Of a stretch of DNA of 64,000 nt, positions 25,553-38,801 are shown piece after piece (the stretch's first letter is position 1; every line of letters starts with the position of its first letter). Source of the DNA: Eledone cirrhosa. Lineage: Eukaryota. The stretch covers positions 9,176,001 to 9,240,000 of the forward strand of contig OZ024760.1 of assembly GCA_964016885.1 (NCBI GenBank), written 5' to 3'. The notes beneath the pieces are model-generated. The model was not told where the DNA came from. It saw only the letters and a program-made list of their open reading frames with translations, and did no database searches. The position numbers and the translations under genes are program-made.

Positions 25553-26330
25553 TATGAGGGTCGGCTGAAAATTTTATAGACTGACCAAGATACTCTCATG
25601 GAATGACCAAATGTGGTTTAATTTTCAACATAATCTCTGGAAAGAAACAGTGCAGTTATTAATAAGAAGAGCTGATATTAATGCATGCAAGATTTCACAG
25701 CTCTAGCATCACTCCTTTATAGTGAGCCTATGACCAAGATACTTTCATGGAATGACCAAATGTGGTTTATTTTTCAACATAGCCCCACATCTCTGGAAAG
25801 AAACAGTGCAGTTATTAATAAGAAGAGCTGATATTAATGCATGCAAGATTTCACAGCTCTAGCATCACTCCTTTATAGTGAGCCTATGACCAAGATACTT
25901 TCATGGAATGACCAAATGTGGTCTATTTTTCAACATAGCCCCACATCTCTGGAAAGAAACAGTGCAGTTATTAATAAGAAGAGCTGATATTAATTCATCA
26001 TCATCATCATCATCATCGTTTAACGTCCCTGTTCCACGCTTGCATGGGTTTGGACGGGAGTTTTCCCACTTGAGGCAAGGGTGGTTGACTTGCTCGCATA
26101 GGACTGTCTGGCGGGTTTTCTACAGCTGGATGCCCTTCCTAACACCAACCACATTTACAGTGTGGGGCTGGGAGGTTTTACCGTGTTGCCTAGACGGCCA
26201 CATTACAGCATGGACTGTGTGTTTTTTTGTCATGCAAGATTTCACAGCTCTAGCATCACTCCTTTATAGTGAGCCTATGACCAAGATACTTTCATGGAAT
26301 GACCAAATGTGGTTTATTTTTCAACATAGT
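25553..26330 (-). mobile_element. Tandem array (~3.5 x 149-156 bp) of an internally deleted mariner derivative, interrupted by an RTE 3' tail
   Basis: Units consist of the reverse complement of the right and left subterminal regions of 55895-57124; unit starts at 25583, 25732, 25888, 26279. Confidence 0.8.
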
Positions 26331-26536
26331 CCCAAACAGCAGCTTGATAAGAAGATTAATTATATAAACAATTCCCTATAAATTCTTCATTCTTTTCAGT
26401 ATGATTTGATAATCATATTCAGATTCCAGCCCCACTGACATCACTTTCTTTCTGATGAGAACCATGAACATCATATAGATTACTATTGGTGCATCTATGG
26501 TCCCTAACCCTCAATAAGGCAAGGACCCAGTGGAGA

Positions 26537-27035
26537 GTATTGGTGCAATTGTCTATGGTCCCTAACCTCCAGTATTGGTACAAATGTCTATGGTCCCTAA
26601 CCTCCAGTATTGGTACAAATGTCTATGGTCCCTAACCTCCAGTATTGGTACAAATGTCTATGGTCCCTAACCTCCAGTATTGGTACAAATGTCTATGGTC
26701 CCTAACCTCCAGTATTGGTACAATTGTCTATGGTCCCTAACCTCCAGTATTGGTACAAATGTCTATGGTCCCTAACCTCCAGTAATGGTACAAATGTCTA
26801 TGGTCCCTAACCTCCAGTATTGGTACAATTGTCTATGGTCCCTAACCTCCAGTATTGGTGCAATTGTCTATGGTCCCTAACCTCCAGTATTGGTACAAAT
26901 GTCTATGGTCCCTAACCTCCAGTATTGGTACAATTGTCTATGGTCCCTAACCTCCAGTATTGGTACAAATGTCTATGGTCCCTAACCTCCAGTATTGGTA
27001 CAAATGTCTATGGTCCCTAACCTCCAGTAATGGTA
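26537..27035. repeat. 35-bp minisatellite
   Basis: Unit CTATGGTCCCTAACCTCCAGTATTGGTACAAATGT. Confidence 0.95.
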
Positions 27036-27134
27036 TGAAAAGGTTAATATAATTCAGTAATATATAAGTCACACACTAATGTTATAAAAACCTCACTGTT
27101 ACTATTATTTTCTGCATATATATACACACATATA

Positions 27135-27463
27135 TATGGTATGGTATGGTTCCTTAACTCCTGGTGGTGTTGTAGGGGCGCCATATTAACATACAGTGTT
27201 TGTTGGGCATTTTAAGCCTGGCGGAGCCCACCCCTCTCCAGGTCAGAGTTCAGCAGATTTCTTCCAGAGAAAGATAGAAAGTGAGAAGGAGATATTAGGG
27301 GAAGAATCCACCCCATTACTAGACTGGTACTTTTTTTTATCGACCTCGAATGGATGAAAGGCAAAGTTGACCTCGGCGGGATTTGAACTCAGAGAGCAAA
27401 GAACTGAAACGAATATCGCAAAGCATTCTATCCAATGTTCTAACAACTCTACCAAGTCACCAC

Positions 27464-27465
<2 letters not shown>
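27135..27465 (-). mobile_element. SINE family 2 variant with a different ~170-bp 3' tail ending (CCATA)n
   Basis: Same head/body as family 2; tail shared with 12372-12690 (-). Confidence 0.7.
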
Positions 27466-27523
<58 letters not shown>

Positions 27524-27637
27524 CCAAAATTAAGATAAATTAAATGAATTTAATCTAAATCGAAATTGTGGGTGTCATGCCATAATGGCGTGCGCCATAT
27601 CGCCCGGAAATAAGCTCAAAGATAGGTCCGAGCATTT

Positions 27638-27820
27638 TATAATAACTAGAAATTGATTAACATATATAAACATGAATAATCACAGGAGATAATTTTTACA
27701 AGCGTGTAACCACGCATAGCTAGTTGGGTAACAACTAGCTATGCGTGGTTACACGCTTGTAAAAATTATCTCCTGTGATTATTCATGTTTATATATGTTA
27801 ATCAATTTCTAGTTATTATA
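27638..27820. repeat. Essentially perfect inverted repeat, ~89-bp arms, ~5-nt loop
   Basis: ...CACGCATAGCTAGTTG-GGTAA-CAACTAGCTATGCGTG... Confidence 0.93.
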
Positions 27821-27831
27821 TATATATATAT

Positions 27832-28500
27832 ATCTGAGTGAGTTTCTTGGTCAGTGTCCAAGTCTCAGACCCATACAGCAGCCAGACTCCACTACAGCAA
27901 TGAAGAGGCGAATTTTCAGGTCTTTACGAAGGTCCAATTTCCACACCGATCTCAAGCTGTGGCACGCCACCCAGGCTTTGCTCTTCCTCTCAACCACATC
28001 ATCTTCCGTATTCCCAATCTTTGCTCCCAAATACAGGAAGTCCTCAACCAATTCTAGTGGCTTCCCCGCCTACATTAATGATCCCCTCTGGCTTCTCAAC
28101 ATTCTCTACCAGATATTTTGTTTTAGTCTCACTCAGATGGTGGATTGGTACTACACGAGAATGCTGAGGATGGCTCTGAACATTAATCAGTATACACTGA
28201 GGATGAAAAACTCAGAGCTGTATGGGAGCCTCCCAAAAGTCAGCTCAAAAGTGACACAGAGGAGACTGAGGTTAGCTGGACATGCTCACCGACATCCAGA
28301 TTTGACATTGCACTCAGTGCTCCTGTGGGAGCCCCTACATGGACACACTGGAAGAGGAAGACGAAGGTTAACGTATGTTGATGCCCTAAGGACAGACACT
28401 GGTCTGTTGGAGACGCAGGACATGGCAGCGATAATGAGGGACAGAGACCGCTGGAGAGAACTCGTCCATGGATCTCGGTAATTTTACCCGCCCTAGAAGA
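27832..28500 (+). mobile_element. RTE-group LINE 3' fragment with inverted 5' segment
   Basis: Minus-strand DFLYLG...KIRLFIAVVES (27832-28127) precedes, in protein order, the plus-strand YTRMLRMALNI...RRLRLAGH...DRDRW (28128-28481). Confidence 0.85.
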
Positions 28501-28559
<59 letters not shown>

Positions 28560-30020
28560 AGGTTTTATATAGTCTGTATGTGTATTAATAGGAGTGTTGA
28601 CAAATATCTTTGTCCTCTATTGTGGTATTGTTAATCTTGTTTCATATTGTTTTAACATGTATTGGCTTGCTTCACCCCAGTTCCTCCTTCACCTCTCTCT
28701 CTCTCTACCCCCAGTTCCTCCTCCACCTCTCTCTCTACCCCCAGTTCCTCCTCCACCTCTCTCTCTACCCCCACTTCCTCCTCTCTCTCTCTCTCAACAT
28801 GTATTGGCTTGCATTAGCCCTGTTCTCTCTCACACCTTCCTCTCCTCTCTTCCACCCCATCCTCCTTCTCTCTCACACCTTCCTCTCCTCCTTCTCACCC
28901 CATCCTCCCTCTCTTCCTCGTTCCTCTCCTCTCTCACCCCCTCTCTCACTTTATCCCCTCCCTCCATATTATTGTATCTCCAAATTCAAAGTTTCCTTCA
29001 CATTCCTTCAACCTCTTTCCTTTCTTCTTCCCCACTACTGTGGGTCTAGGCTGGGTTACTGCTACTACTACTACTACTACTACTTCTACTACTACTACTA
29101 CTAACTATACCAGTTGTGATCATGGTGATGACAAGGATAATGACAACGATGATGACGATGATGATGATGAAGATTTGCACGGTCATGTAAGTAATCAGTT
29201 TCTATCGTTATGTTGTATTAAACCCCAGAACATTAAACTACACATCTATACTAGTGGCCACGCTGGGGCACTGTAGACTGTGGCCACACTGGGGCACTGT
29301 CGACTGTGGCCATGCTGGGGCACCATCCTACAAGTTAAGTTAGTGGTTGATCTATCTGTCTGTCTTACACGTAGTTGATGTGTCTGTCTGTCTGTCTGTC
29401 CCCCTACTCTACAGGTAGTTGATGTGTCTGTCTGTCAGTCTGTCTGTCCCCCTACCCTACAGGTAGTTGATGTGTCTGTCTGTCTGTCCCCCTACTCTAC
29501 AGGTAGTTGATGTGTCTACTTGTCTGTCTGTCTGTCCCCCTAAGTAGGAATAAATAATTGTTTCTACTTTTGGCACAAGGCCAGCAATTACCCAGTACAT
29601 TACTGGTACTTTATTTTATCGACCCCGTAAGGATGAAAGGCAAAGTTGACCTCGGCGGGATTTGAACTCAGAATGGAAAGGGCCGTAACTCTATGCGTCA
29701 AAGCATGGCGTCCGACCATCTACCGATACTGCAAATAATAAGATTGTTTTTTACTTAAAAAAAAAATAATTTTTTCTTTCTGTGTTGAAGGTTTTGAAAG
29801 TACCGTCAGTTGTTGCCAAAGGAGCCAGAAAAATGAAACGGAAGGTTGTTCCTTGTGGTAAGTAGCAGTTGGTGTTTATGTTATTCCTTGTGGTAAGTTG
29901 TTGTTGTTCTAAGTAGTAGTTGTTGTTGTTGTAACAGTATATTGTAGCTCTGATCAAGTATTGACTTAGTCTGTGACAATCTGTCTAACTCTTGCTATAA
30001 GGGAAATAGAAGTTTTTATA

Positions 30021-30052
<32 letters not shown>

Positions 30053-30807
30053 GATTGTTTTTATAGACAACTTGTTGTAGACGAACACTTTACCTTCCGT
30101 AGCTCACAGGAAAAGGCACCTATCACGTCATGTGGGAATGTGATCAATGATAGACAAGCAGCCTATCCCAGGAGAGAGTTCTCTCTCAATTACTTCACAC
30201 TACACAAACTACTGACAAACTTTGATTCCATGGATCCTTCCCATTCATAAAAGGGTGTAATAGAGATGAGTGTGTGTGGGTTGAAGGAGGGTGAGCTTTC
30301 CTTTGACATAGGTTTTCTACACGAATTTCATTTCCAAGTGAAGTTTAAACATTTAACTGCTTTGATACCAACCTGTCGAACAGTGCCCTTTATTCTGTGA
30401 TGCAAAAACTTCCCATCACAATTTTATGTATGCCACATCCCACAAATCACACACCCCTATATAAGGGCAGATCACATTAGATAATATACTCATAGACATA
30501 ACCCTAAAATATCATATTGTTGAACCGGGGATGGTTTGGAAAAAAAAATGGAATTTATAGCTCACACCTATACAGCTTTAGCTGGTCTTCTATGAGGTTA
30601 CACCTGCTAGGTGGCTTCTCAAGGGTTTTAATGATAGGGGTCCCTGTTTTATTATGCAAAGCAATGTGAAATGAAGCATCTTGCCTAAGAACTGTGATTT
30701 CAGATAGTTTGTTATCAAAAGGATTACATTTTATTGTTTGCTAACTAAAAAGATAATAATTAAAAGTCTTCTTTATATACTTTTTACACATTCTTCTATG
30801 TGAACAG

Positions 30808-31296
30808 GTAGTAAATATGGCAGTACTAACCAGGATTACCCTGTCAATCTTCCGAAAAGAACTTTGGATCTAAATCCTAAAAAGGTTTGCCATTCAAATG
30901 AGAACACTTTTGGAGCTAGCTGGCAATCGAATTCTGTGAATTCTGAAGTGGCAGGCTTGTCTGAAGCAGGCCGAAGAATGTTTGTCCCCACTGAAGTACG
31001 TGTTTTAAATGAGAGCTATGTGACATCGGCCATTGCTACAGCATGGCCAGATACATTACACCCTTCTTCTGGCCCAGATAGCCAAACTTCACATGTAAAG
31101 GCCCCTTTGCCACTAGCTGGTAACTCAACTGTTGCTACCTCATGGAAAAACTTTCATCAAAGAAATCTATTTAGTCACAACCTTGAAAATGCTGAATGTG
31201 AACATTTCGAAAGTCCCCTTGTTAATGGTGACACAGGTAAAGGAAGTGAACATCTGCAAGTGAAGATGAAGTTAAACAGAGCTTTAACAAGATCCA
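30808..31296 (+). CDS. CEP350: CEP350-like exon (489 nt), low-complexity N-terminal region
   Basis: GAACAG acceptor after pyrimidine tract, open frame (ORF 30864 track), donor A|GTAAGT; phase 1/1. Confidence 0.75.
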
Positions 31297-31357
31297 GTAA
31301 GTTAGAACAGTTTTTCACATACTACGTTTTGTTTGTTTCTGATTATTTTAGTCCAAG

Positions 31358-32460
31358 AATCTTCTTCTTCGCCCACTTATTCCTGGGAGGGTTGTGGGGA
31401 AGAGCCCTAAAGCGCTCCTTCCAGCTGCTCCTATCAGAAGCAATTGTCACCAACTGATCCGGCTGGATCCCCAAACGTGACCAGCCGAACTCATGGATGT
31501 TATCCAACCATCTTGCTAGGGGTCTACCACTGGGTCTCCTGTTGGTTGGTTTTGCCCATAAAATCTGTCCAGCAATTCTTTCCTGAGACATTTCTAACCA
31601 CATGCCCATAGTATCAGAGCTGTGATCTCTCAATTCGGAGAAGTAGTGGCTCTATCTCTCCAGCAATTCTTTCCTGAGACATTTCTAACCACATGCCCAT
31701 AGTATCAGAGCTGTGATCTCTCAATTCGGAGAAGTAGTGGCTCTATCTCTCCAGCAATTCTTTCCTGAGACATTTCTAACCACATGCCCATAGTATCAGA
31801 GCTGTGATCTCTCAATTCGGAGAAGTAGTGGCTCTATCTCTCCAGCAATTCTTTCCTGAGACATTTCTAACCACATGCCCATAGTATCAGAGCTGTGATC
31901 TCTCAATTCGGAGAAGTAGTGGCTCTATCTCTCCAGCAATTCTTTCCTGAGACATTTCTAACCACATGCCCATAGTATCAGAGCTGTGATCTCTCAATTC
32001 GGAGAAGTAGTGGCTCTATCTCTCCAGCAATTCTTTCCTGAGACATTTCTAACCACATGCCCATAGTATCAGAGCTGTGATCTCTCAATTCGGAGAAGTA
32101 GTGGCTCTACGTGAAGAGACTCTCTGCTCTCCAAGCTATGCACTCTATCAAGTAACGTTACTCCAAAGACCTTTCAGAGGAACAACATTTTGGCCATTTG
32201 TATTCGCGATTGTATTCTTTTGGTCATTAACCAAGATTCATGACCATAGGTAAGGGTTGGCAAGAATACCGAATTGATGATAGCGAGTTTAGCTTTTACA
32301 CCTACCTTCCTTCTGAATACTGAATGCAGGAGCTGGTGCAGTAATGCACCAGCTCCTGCAATTCTTGCACTTAATACAGCCTCCTGACTTCCATCACTCG
32401 TGAACATGGCCCCGAGATACTGGAACTTCTTCACCTGCTTCAGTGGAACTCCATTCAGTT
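31358..32460 (-). mobile_element. 3' part of the (GAA)n-tailed RTE-like LINE carrying an internal 6 x 91-bp tandem amplification
   Basis: QVKKFQYLG, LTYGHESW and RPSGRP motifs; 91-bp units start at 31569, 31660, 31751, 31842, 31933, 32024. Confidence 0.85.
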
Positions 32461-32939
32461 GTCTGAGAATGACAAATGAAATTAAGTCATAACCAGTACA
32501 CTCTGTAAAGGGGTTAGTGATACGAAGGGTATTCCCCCCCCCCCCCCCCCCACCCACCCACACACACACACAAGGGTCAAGAAGACACTTCAGCTGTGTC
32601 AAAACATGACATCTCTTTGTGCGGCTATATGTAATAAGGTCAGAGGTCAGTAGCTCTGAGTGGGGAGGGACAGATGTCAGGTCAGTGGTTCAAGGTCAGT
32701 AAGTTCAAGGTCAGTAACTCTGATTAAATCCTGACTTAGTATGTCACCTTGTCCAACCGTACTATCACCACCACCACCACTACTACTAATACTACTACCA
32801 CCACCACTATTGCTACTACTACCACTACCACCACCACCACCACCACCACCACTACTACTGCTAGTTAGAGATATTTTGATGAAGGTATTGAGATACGTTG
32901 TTTAATGTTGGGTTAATGAATATATTTATTTATTTTCAG

Positions 32940-32993
32940 ATGGATTGGATAGACTTAGGGAGAAGATAAAACAGCAACAGCTGGCATGTAAAG
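32940..32993 (+). CDS. CEP350: CEP350-like exon: NGLDRLREKIKQQQLACK
   Basis: TATTTTCAG / G|GTACGT, phase 1/1; resembles the CEP350 LEKLKERIRKQ motif as recalled. Confidence 0.8.
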
Positions 32994-32994
32994 G

Positions 32995-33590
32995 TACGTT
33001 AACTAGCTACTGTTCACCAACTACTGTTCACTGTATGTCCACTAGTGACTGTTCACTGTATCTCAGCTGCACATTAACTAGCTACTGTTCACTGTATCTC
33101 AACCATATGTTCACCAGCTACTGTTCACTGTATGTCAACCATATGTTCACTAGTTACTGTTCACTGTATATCAACTGTATGTTCACCAGCTACTGTTCAC
33201 TGTATCTCAACTGTATGTTCACTAGTTACTGTTCACTGTATATCAACTGTATGTTCACTAGTTACTGCTCACTGTATCTCAGCTGTACATTAACTAGTTA
33301 CTGTTCACTTTATCTCAACTGTATGTTCACTAGTTACTGTTCACTGTATCTCAGCTGTACATTAACTAGTTACTGTTCACTTTATCTCAACTGTATGTTC
33401 ACTAGCTACTGTTCACTGTATCTCAGCTGTACATTAACTAGTTACTGTTCACTGTATCTCAACTGTATGTTCACTAAACACTATCTCCAATCTCCACTAA
33501 ATGTTCACTAGACACTGTCTCCCATCTGAAGTGAACGTTCACTAAATACTGTATCTCATTTCAAGTGAACATTCACTGGACACTGACATC
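32995..33590. repeat. ~36-bp minisatellite starting at an exon donor
   Basis: Unit ACTAGTTACTGTTCACTGTATCTCAACTGTATGTTC. Confidence 0.9.
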
Positions 33591-34789
33591 TCACCAGGTC
33601 TTCTGACTGGACAAAGGAAATCTCCCAATCCTAGATGTCTTCCTCTCAAATCTGCCTTAACTCTTCATAAAGTTGAGACAGTCTTCAATCTGATGTCTTT
33701 TTGAAGCATGTCAATGAATTTAATGTTTTGTTTTCCCCATAGTGAAAATTTCACATGACATTCTTAAGAAGTACAAAACAGCATAATGATGGATTCACAT
33801 TCAAAATTAAAACCTTTGCTGTAATGTAAATTTTCACAAGGATTTGTCTATTTGTCAACAAACCTGTTTTTAGGTTTTTTCCACAAAATCCTTACAGGGA
33901 AATTAAGTTTTAAGCATGATTGATGAGTCTTCTTCACTGTTGTATGCCACAATTTACTGTAATTAGTTGGTAAACATTCTAAGAGGAAACAGCAGTTAGT
34001 TTCAAAGTACAACAACAACAAACAACAAACATTTAAAGGCCATTTTTACTGTTAAAGTAGGGCTTAACCTTGCAATCCTTGACGAGCTTTAACCCTTTAG
34101 CATTTACATTACTCTGTTTACTATTGTATTTTCATGGTAAAGGCTTTACCTTACATAATTATCCCACATAATATCGAATCTATGAGATTTCGATATTATT
34201 TATTTTGAGAACAATACCTAAACATCAGTATGAGCAGCCAGTTGCAGCATTTTGAACAGAAAGAGGTGAGAGAATTCTGGTCAGATACGGCCGGTTCAAA
34301 TACCAAAGGTCATGGGACCTTTTTAAAAATAGATCTATGATCATGTGACCTTCCTGTTGCCATCCCAATTAGTTACATTCTCTCATACACAACAAATCAC
34401 TGTACCTGAATATACACAGTATAATTAGTATATTACCAATGAACAAAATGAGAATTATTTCATTAGAACTCCAAATTCTTCATTATTTTGAAACCTGTCT
34501 GGCCAACGACAACAAAGTATCATTTGCTGTCTGGCAAGTTTGTGGTTGAGCCTGTAGCAGTAGAGACTTCTGGCTTTCTTAGTCCCCAGACAACATCCCT
34601 ACTCACTGCTATTGGAGCAGAGTTGGCTGCCTGCAGGTGTGAGCCCCACGAGGTGGAGTGACTGTTTCAGCATGTCTTCCTTGCTGTCTTCCAGGACAAT
34701 GTCTTCCCCATCCTATTGGCCAGGACCATGAGGCAGTCAACACTTTAGGGCAGGAGTAGGGTGCCAGTCTTCTGATACATACACTCACA

Positions 34790-36010
34790 TAAGAAATATG
34801 GCTAAAAAAGTAGGGTCTTCTAAAGATATTGTTGGTGTGTTATGAGAAATATGGCTTAAAATGGGGTCTTCTAAAGATATTGGTGTTGTAAGAAATATGG
34901 CTTAAAATGGGGTCTTCTAAAGATATTGGTGTTGTAAGAAATATGGCTTAAAATGGGGTCTTCTAAAGATATTGTTGGTGTTGTAAGAAATATGGCTTAA
35001 AATGGGGTCTTCTAAAGATATTGTTGGTGTTGTAAGAAATATGGCTTAAAATGGGGTCTTCTAAAGATATTGTTGGTGTTGTAAGAAATATGGCTTAAAA
35101 TGGGGTCTTCTAAAGATATTATTGGTGTTGTGAGAAATATGGCTTAAAATAGGGTCTTCTAAAGATATTGTTGGTGTTGTAAGAAATATGGCTTAAAATG
35201 GGGTCTTCTAAAGATATTGGTGTTGTAAGAAATATGGCTTAAAATGGGGTCTTCTAAAGATATTATTGGTGTTGTAAGAAATATGGCTTAAAATGGGTCT
35301 TCTAAAGATATTGTTGGTGTTGTAAGAAATATGGCTTAAAATGGGGTCTTCTAAAGATATTATTGGTGTTGTGAGAAATATGGCTTAAAATGGGGTCTTC
35401 TAAAGATATTGGTGTTGTAAGAAATATGGCTTAAAATGGGTCTTCTAAAGATATTGTTGGTGTTGTAAGAAATATGGCTTAAAATGGGGTCTTCTAAAGA
35501 TATTGTTAGTGTTGTAAGAAAAATATGGCTTAAAATGGGGTCTTCTAAAGATATTGTTGGTGTTGTAAGAAATATGGCTTAAAATGGGGTCTTCTAAAGA
35601 TATTGTTGGTGTTGTAAGAAATATGGCTTAAAATGGGGTCTTCTAAAGATATTATTGGTGTTGTAAGAAATATGGCTTAAAATGGAGTCTTGTAAAGATA
35701 TTATTGGTGTTGTAAGAAATATGGCTTAAAATGGGGTCTTCTAAAGATATTGTTGGTGTTGTAAGAAAAACATGGCTTAAAATGGGGTCTTCTAAAGATA
35801 TTGTTGGTGTTGTAAGAAATATGGCTTAAAATGGGGTCTTCTAAAGATATTGTTGGTGTTGTAAGAAATGGCTTAAAATGGGGTCTTCTAAAGATATTGT
35901 TGGTGTTGTAAGAAATATGGCTTAAAATGGGTCTTCTAAAGATATTGTTGGTGTTGTAAGAAATATGGCTTAAAATGGGGTCTTCTAAAGATATTGTTGG
36001 TGTTGTGAGA
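34790..36010. repeat. ~49-bp minisatellite
   Basis: Unit AAGAAATATGGCTTAAAATGGGGTCTTCTAAAGATATTGTTGGTGTTGT. Confidence 0.95.
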
Positions 36011-36062
36011 ATTATGATGAAAAAGGGAGTCTTTTTAATTCGATACTTTCTTTGTTTTCTAG

Positions 36063-36350
36063 AATATGAATCTTCTAAGAAAATGACTGAAATATCTGAT
36101 GATAACACAGTTTCTTTTGTAAATCGAAACGAAGGAGGAAGAGATAATGCAATGTTTGATAAAGATGGTGCCTCACTGCCAATTGATTCTTCAGATTTGG
36201 TGTACAGAACTTCACAGTCTTCAGATTACAACAATAATGGTGTCTCAACATTCTCTCCTAATTCTTTCAAAAAAATAGTGAAAACTGAAGCAAAAAACTA
36301 CATAAAGACCCGCAAAATAGCTGCCTGTGCTTCTACTCCATCATACAAGG
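36063..36350 (+). CDS. CEP350: CEP350-like exon ending KTRKIAACASTPSYKG
   Basis: TTTTCTAG / G|GTTTGT, 288 nt, phase 1/1; matches the recalled CEP350 motif KVRKVATAPPAPAYKGF across the junction with the next exon. Confidence 0.85.
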
Positions 36351-37842
36351 GTTTGTAACTTCACATCTTCATGGTGTTGCTGTTGTTGTGTTTCTGTTGT
36401 TGGTGTTGGTGTTGTTGTTGCCAGTGTATTGGGTTTCCCTTGTTGTTGTTAGTGTCCTGAGTTTCTCTTGTTGTCATTAACCCTTTTGATATCATATTTC
36501 TAATGAAAGACACTGTCTATGTCATTAACCCTTTCATTACCATATTTCTAATGAAAGACACTACCTATGTCATTAACTCTTTCATTACCATATTTCTAAT
36601 GAAAGACACTGTCTATGTCATTAACCCTTTTGTTACCATATTTCTAATGAAAGACACTACCTATGTCATTAACCCTTTCATTACCATATTTCTAATGAAA
36701 GACACTGTCTATGTCATTAACCCTTTCATTACCATATTTCTAATGAAAGACACTGCCTATGTCATTAACCCTTTCATTACTATATTTCTAATGAAAGACA
36801 CTGTCTATGTCATTAACCCTTTCATTACCATATTTCTAATGAAAGACACTGCCTTTGTCATTAACCCTTTCATTACTATATTTCTAATGAAAGACACTAC
36901 CTATGTCATTAACCCTTTCATTACTATATTTCTAATGAAAGACACTACCTATGTCATTACCTCTTTAATTTTCAAAATTAGCTCTTGTCAGGATTCAGCA
37001 GTACATACCTAAATGTAGGTTTGTTAATTCAAATGTTTATAATATCATTATGAACTTAAGTAATACACTGAGTAATTGCTGGCCTTGTGCTTAAAGTAGA
37101 AACACTTATGAAATTAAGAGGAAATACTTCAATTTTCAATGTAACACAGTTATAGAGTTGTTTTATACTTTTCAAGAATGTCTTGCCAATGTGGTTTGAT
37201 GTGGTACAGGATGTTGAGAGTTGGTGGAAAAAAGATTGGTAGAAATGTGGTTATGTGCAGGAGAGGAGATTGCGTTGGTATGGACATGTGATGTATATGA
37301 AGGATTACAGCTGTATAAAAGGTGCAGGGCACTCAAAGTTGTTAGTAGCTATGGAGTAGGGAGACCTAGGAGAACTTGGGATCATCATCATCGTCATCAT
37401 CGATTAATGTCTATCTTCCATGCTAGCATGGGTTAGACGAGGTTATAAAACCTGACCTGCACAATTGCACTGCTAGCGTTATGCAGTAATACAGAAAACC
37501 TGCCTTCCCATGAGCACAGGTTGAAACATACATCTAGTATGCACCGCCTTCACCTCCATCCCCCTTCCATACACCTCTCACGTCCTAACACTCCACCCAT
37601 GCTCGAACACTCTGCCCCACACATACATCCCTGGATCTACTGGTAAAATAGATGTTAATGATATGGCTAATGTCGTTTTATGTGGTACAGGATGTTAACA
37701 GTAGGTAGAAAGCCATTGGTTAATGTGGTTTGATGTGGTACAGGATGTTAACAGTTGGTTAATGTGGTTTGATGTGGTACAGGATGGTAACTGTTGGTTA
37801 ATGTCATCAAAATAGATTTACTTCTGTTTTCTTCTTGTTTAG

Positions 37843-37941
37843 GGTTTTCTAGACCCAACGAAAATAAGACAGAAAATCGAGTGAAAAGGAAAGCGAAACC
37901 AACTGATTCCAAATCAGAAACTAAGATAAATGCTGCAAAAG
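37843..37941 (+). CDS. CEP350: CEP350-like exon: GFSRPNENKTENRVKRKAKPTDSKSETKINAAK
   Basis: TTGTTTAG / G|GTAAAG, 99 nt, phase 1/1; completes YKG-F motif. Confidence 0.82.
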
Positions 37942-38702
37942 GTAAAGTATATTTTATGTTAGTAAGATATTGTTGTTTAGCCCTAGGCCAGCTGTGACAT
38001 AGGAGATGTATTATTGACACTTTTCATACCAATCAGTTTGAAACGACCCTTGCTTCTATGATACAAAGCTGTTTTAATGAGTTTAGATATACAAGGTGAG
38101 CATAAAGTCTTTGAAACCAGAAAATATGCTGAGCTTTTTGTTTCATAGATGTCATTTTGTTACTTCTTCTTTGCCCACTTATTCCTGAGAGGGTCATGGG
38201 GCCATGAATAATGAGGATGCTAGTTAGATCCCAATATATCTACAAACAGTTATTTCCAAAATAATTTGAAAATTATAACCCTTCCATTACCATATTTCAA
38301 ATGAAAGACACTGCCTATGTCATTAACCCTTTCATTACCATATTTCAAATGAAAGACACTATCTATGTCATTAACCCTTTCACTACCATATTTCTAATGA
38401 AAGACATTTTCTATAATTATTCTGGAGTTATTATATATTAAGTGACCTGAGAGTACAAGGTGTGGCAGTGTTAAGTCAGTGGATTGGAGATATGAAATGA
38501 AGTGTTTTGCTGAAGGGCACAATGTGCTGCTGAATCTGGGAATGGAAAGTATGATCATACAATAGTAAGTCCCAACCCCCAAGCCAGTAGGCCATCTTTT
38601 TATATATTTAGGGAGTTGTGAAATATAATTCTTTTCTATTGATAATGCATTCTTATTCATTATCCCTGTTAATATGGGATTTAATTCATATATTTTCTAC
38701 AG

Positions 38703-38801
38703 AGGCTGTGAGGCTGAAATCTAAGAATCCAGAAAAGACTCAGGAAAAATCTAAATCTAAACTTAAGGCTGTTAGGTCAGTCTGTAGAACCAGTGAAATT
38801 G
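38703..38801 (+). CDS. CEP350: CEP350-like exon: EAVRLKSKNPEKTQEKSKSKLKAVRSVCRTSEI (3' end ambiguous)
   Basis: TTTTCTACAG acceptor; phase-1 donor G|GTAAGT at 38802; further in-frame donors at 38844, 38886, 38928. Confidence 0.7.

Noticed and set aside
26537-27035. 35-bp repeats resembling a CRISPR array (also the 37-bp array at 50390 and others)
   Set aside because: Head-to-tail units with no unique spacers, no cas genes, eukaryotic intron context.
30060-30300. Possible extra CEP350 exon (also 26400-26490)
   Set aside because: Frames hit stops before any convincing donor; the exon chain is phase-consistent without them.
32994-33511. Cys-rich repeat ORF continuing from a real exon
   Set aside because: Read-through of the donor into a stop-free minisatellite; the phase-consistent donor at 32994 explains the exon.
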